A stretch of 64,000 bases of DNA, from positions 1 through 64,000 of IMG/VR virus record IMGVR_UViG_3300045921_000191; one strand, written 5' to 3'. Below the pieces are notes generated by a model. The model did not search any database and was not told the origin of the DNA. It saw only the letters and a list, made by a program, of their open reading frames with translations. The translations under genes were made by a program, and so were the position numbers. Below, piece by piece: positions 61,421 to 64,000 of the stretch (position 1 is the stretch's first letter; every line of letters begins with the position of its first letter). Source of the DNA: a virus.

Positions 61421-64000
61421 TTATCCAATAATCAAATCCACATCATCAAGACGGGCTAATTCGCCATCTGCGATGGTGATGTTTTCGGTATGGTTAGAAA
61501 TCTTAACGTCAAATACTCCAGGAATTCCTTGGGCTGCAAATATAATTTCAGACAATACCACGTCTTGACCAACATCCCTAGAGTTCACGTATCCAGTGAT
61601 AGCGCTTGCGATGCTGTTTGTGATTGCGCTTAGGTTAACGCCTTCCTCGGTAGTCACGTCGACGATCAACTTAATCTTGATAAGAACTGGGGAAATTACT
61701 TCAAACTGAGTTCCAGCGGCACCAAGACCAGGAAAGTTATTAGAATCTCGATCTAAACCGTCAATAGTCCACTGAGCTAATTGAATCAATCCAGTGAAAT
61801 ATTTGTAACCGTCAATACCCTCTATTTGAGTGGTAGAGAAATTTAGACCATTCAAGTCACGAATTGCCGCACTGAGTTGAGGAGTAAATCCAGAAACATC
61901 AATCGGAGTATTTGTTTCGTCGTTTAGGGAAATAGTGTAAGGGGCTGAAGTTCCTACTACGTCTACTATAAATGCTCGCTTAGAAATTCTAAAAGACGTT
62001 CCAATAACTAATGGGTTTGGAGCACTATCGGTTAAAACTATTTCTCCAGTAGCATTATTATATGCTGCCACTGTTGTAACATGTCCTGCGTTTAGTCCTG
62101 ACAAAATCTCTAGTTCTAATCCGTCAAAATATGCGGGTAGTCCAGAAATCAAAGAGGTCGCGATTAAAGTGTCGTATGGCGCTACTGCATCACCAGTGGT
62201 AATTGTAGAGTCTACCGTTAACAAGACTGGTAAACCTTTTGCTAATCCAGCTTTTGAATTGGTAGTAACGTCGTTTACTGGAGCGCCTGCAACAATGCTT
62301 TCGATAGCAATGCCGATTCTATTACCAGACCCGCCCGTAACAAATACTTTTCCAGAAGAGCCAGGAGTCTTAGTGGATAGCTGTACCAGGTCGCCTTTAA
62401 TACCAGTAGCTTCTGCTTTAGCGACTACCGATATAGTGGTAGTGTTTAGATCGTTTAACAGCGTTACCACGTTGCTCGCAGTTCTGGGAACTATAGCAAA
62501 CGTATCCCCTGCCGCGATTGTGATCGGTGCTGTTGAAGGGAATATAGAAGTCGTGGTAAATAGTCCAGTGACCCCAGTATAAGTAAGTACGTATTGAAGT
62601 GTTCCTTCATTTGCTCCACTAGTCCAATAAATCCAAAAATCGGTAAAGAAGTTTGAGGTTAAATATTTTGCGCCCAAAGCTGGAACTGCAAAAGAATTTG
62701 ACCCACCAGTAACAACCTCTTCAGCAATACTCAAAGGAACTGAAAAAGTTTTATTAGTATTGTCGCCATCGAAAATCGCAACTAGAGTTTGATCGGGTCC
62801 GAGAGTAAAGCCTAATGCTCCAACGACTCCATCTCTATCTGAGTTAGAGGAAGTTAGATATGCAGTATTAGTTTCTTGGTTGTTTTGTTCTTCGGTAGAA
62901 AAGGCAAGAACTCCATTTGCCGAACCGCCAAGAATCTGAATAGAGCCAGCATCCGTAAAATTAGTTGTGCGAAGTCTTACTTTTCCGTTAGACAGTACTT
63001 CTGAAGTACCGCCGAGTAGTTCATCATTGATGGCTGCCACAACTTCTAAAGCGAATACGTTAGTGGGATCTGCAAAATCAGAAGCGTGTACAAATTGAAC
63101 TACTTGAGACAGTATGAACCTGTCTCCTAAAGCAATAGGATTAGTAAATCCAGTAGTGGTTTGAAGCTGGCCGTTACTAGGATTATATGCGGCTACGTAG
63201 CTTACTTCTCCCAAGTTATTCCCACTGATCCATTCGATATGGAATCCAACAAAGAAATTAGTATCAAAATCAATTAAAGAAGTTGATCTGAAAGTATCAT
63301 AAGCGGCTACAAAATCTCCAGTAGTAACAGTGGCTTCGATTCCGCCATCAATTCTTACGATGAGAGATGAAGAAGCTCCTAGGATAGAAAAATCAAAAGT
63401 TTCAATAGTAGAATCTACGAACGCACGAGTATTCACGCTGCCCGCAGTTAAACTATCTCCGACGACAAGTGGGACGGCTAGTTCGATCTGACCGTTAGAT
63501 CTATTAAGAGTATAATCTTTGTTCTGGCCTTCAACTAACTCGCTAAAGTTCATTTTAGTGCCTGCAACGTTAGTGTGAGTACCGCCTCGATAAACTTCTG
63601 TAAGATATAATTGCGTATCACTTTCTATAGATTCTATTTTAGTCCACGAGCCTGTTCCGTCTAGCCCAGCTTTAATCCATTGGCCTTCTTCTAACTCGGT
63701 AGTGAATTGTGTTCCAGTTCCGCTAATAGATTTGTTGCCATAAGTTGTGGATATTTGACCAGAGATAGACTCGGCTGTGCAATAACCCATAGCTACTGCG
63801 CCAGCGCCTCCAAGAACTTGAATCTTAGAATCTGCGCTATTTTCTTTTTCAGAAAGCAAAAGCACTCTAGTACCGTTTACTGCGAGTTCGGCTGAAGACA
63901 AATTGAGTTCTGTTTGAATCCTAATCAACGCTTCCGAAGCTAATCCTTGAGCTGGGTTTGCAAAGTCGGTTGGAGCAAAACTAATTACTTCAGTTTCTAC
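61421..64000 (-). CDS. baseplate J-like protein (5' partial; frame open to the window edge)
   Basis: C-terminal PG..AAG, GQDVVLSEI...GVFDV, IADGELAR. Confidence 0.75.
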   Translation of the reverse strand, partial: VETEVISFAPTDFANPAQGLASEALIRIQTELNLSSAELAVNGTRVLLLSEKENSADSKIQVLGGAGAVAMGYCTAESISGQISTTYGNKSISGTGTQFTTELEEGQWIKAGLDGTGSWTKIESIESDTQLYLTEVYRGGTHTNVAGTKMNFSELVEGQNKDYTLNRSNGQIELAVPLVVGDSLTAGSVNTRAFVDSTIETFDFSILGASSSLIVRIDGGIEATVTTGDFVAAYDTFRSTSLIDFDTNFFVGFHIEWISGNNLGEVSYVAAYNPSNGQLQTTTGFTNPIALGDRFILSQVVQFVHASDFADPTNVFALEVVAAINDELLGGTSEVLSNGKVRLRTTNFTDAGSIQILGGSANGVLAFSTEEQNNQETNTAYLTSSNSDRDGVVGALGFTLGPDQTLVAIFDGDNTNKTFSVPLSIAEEVVTGGSNSFAVPALGAKYLTSNFFTDFWIYWTSGANEGTLQYVLTYTGVTGLFTTTSIFPSTAPITIAAGDTFAIVPRTASNVVTLLNDLNTTTISVVAKAEATGIKGDLVQLSTKTPGSSGKVFVTGGSGNRIGIAIESIVAGAPVNDVTTNSKAGLAKGLPVLLTVDSTITTGDAVAPYDTLIATSLISGLPAYFDGLELEILSGLNAGHVTTVAAYNNATGEIVLTDSAPNPLVIGTSFRISKRAFIVDVVGTSAPYTISLNDETNTPIDVSGFTPQLSAAIRDLNGLNFSTTQIEGIDGYKYFTGLIQLAQWTIDGLDRDSNNFPGLGAAGTQFEVISPVLIKIKLIVDVTTEEGVNLSAITNSIASAITGYVNSRDVGQDVVLSEIIFAAQGIPGVFDVKISNHTENITIADGELARLDDVDLIIG

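Noticed and set aside
1-64000. tRNA/rRNA genes and stop-codon reassignment
   Set aside because: No cloverleaf or rRNA signatures were seen; core genes are intact in code 11 with high coding density

Overview
A 64-kb segment of a large dsDNA tailed phage, probably a myovirus given its baseplate J/wedge genes; no rRNA, tRNA or CRISPR was seen. Layout: an AT-rich, repeat-rich non-coding left end (1-1450) and a + strand early region (small ORFs, DUF932, ArdC-like zincin, rIIA/rIIB, surface proteins). A - strand operon of host-like genes follows (trigger-factor FKBP domain, ClpP, trypsin protease, Rrf2 regulator), divergent from a PagL-like lipid A deacylase and DNA ligase. Next come packaging genes (TerS/TerL/portal/Mu-F), nucleotide and recombination genes (dUTPase, class I RNR, RuvC, RecA, dNMP kinase, CYTH), a putative lysis cassette, replication genes (PolA, primase-helicase, SSAP/exonuclease, PhaR-like regulator, GroEL), an SF2 helicase and a long tail-fibre/baseplate block. 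Highlights: (1) the helicase is a fractured gene joined by a naturally split intein, with a zinc-finger/NUMOD3/Vsr-like endonuclease fused to the N-intein half; (2) a layered regulatory code of sigma54 (-24/-12) early promoters, TTAA-N7-TTAA boxes, and IscR-like TTGAC-N7-GTCAA palindromes over sigma70 promoters, alongside a phage-encoded Rrf2 protein; (3) host-envelope and proteostasis genes. The host is tentatively a Bdellovibrionota/delta-proteobacterium-type organism (inference only). All protein calls are from motif recognition by eye, not database searches.
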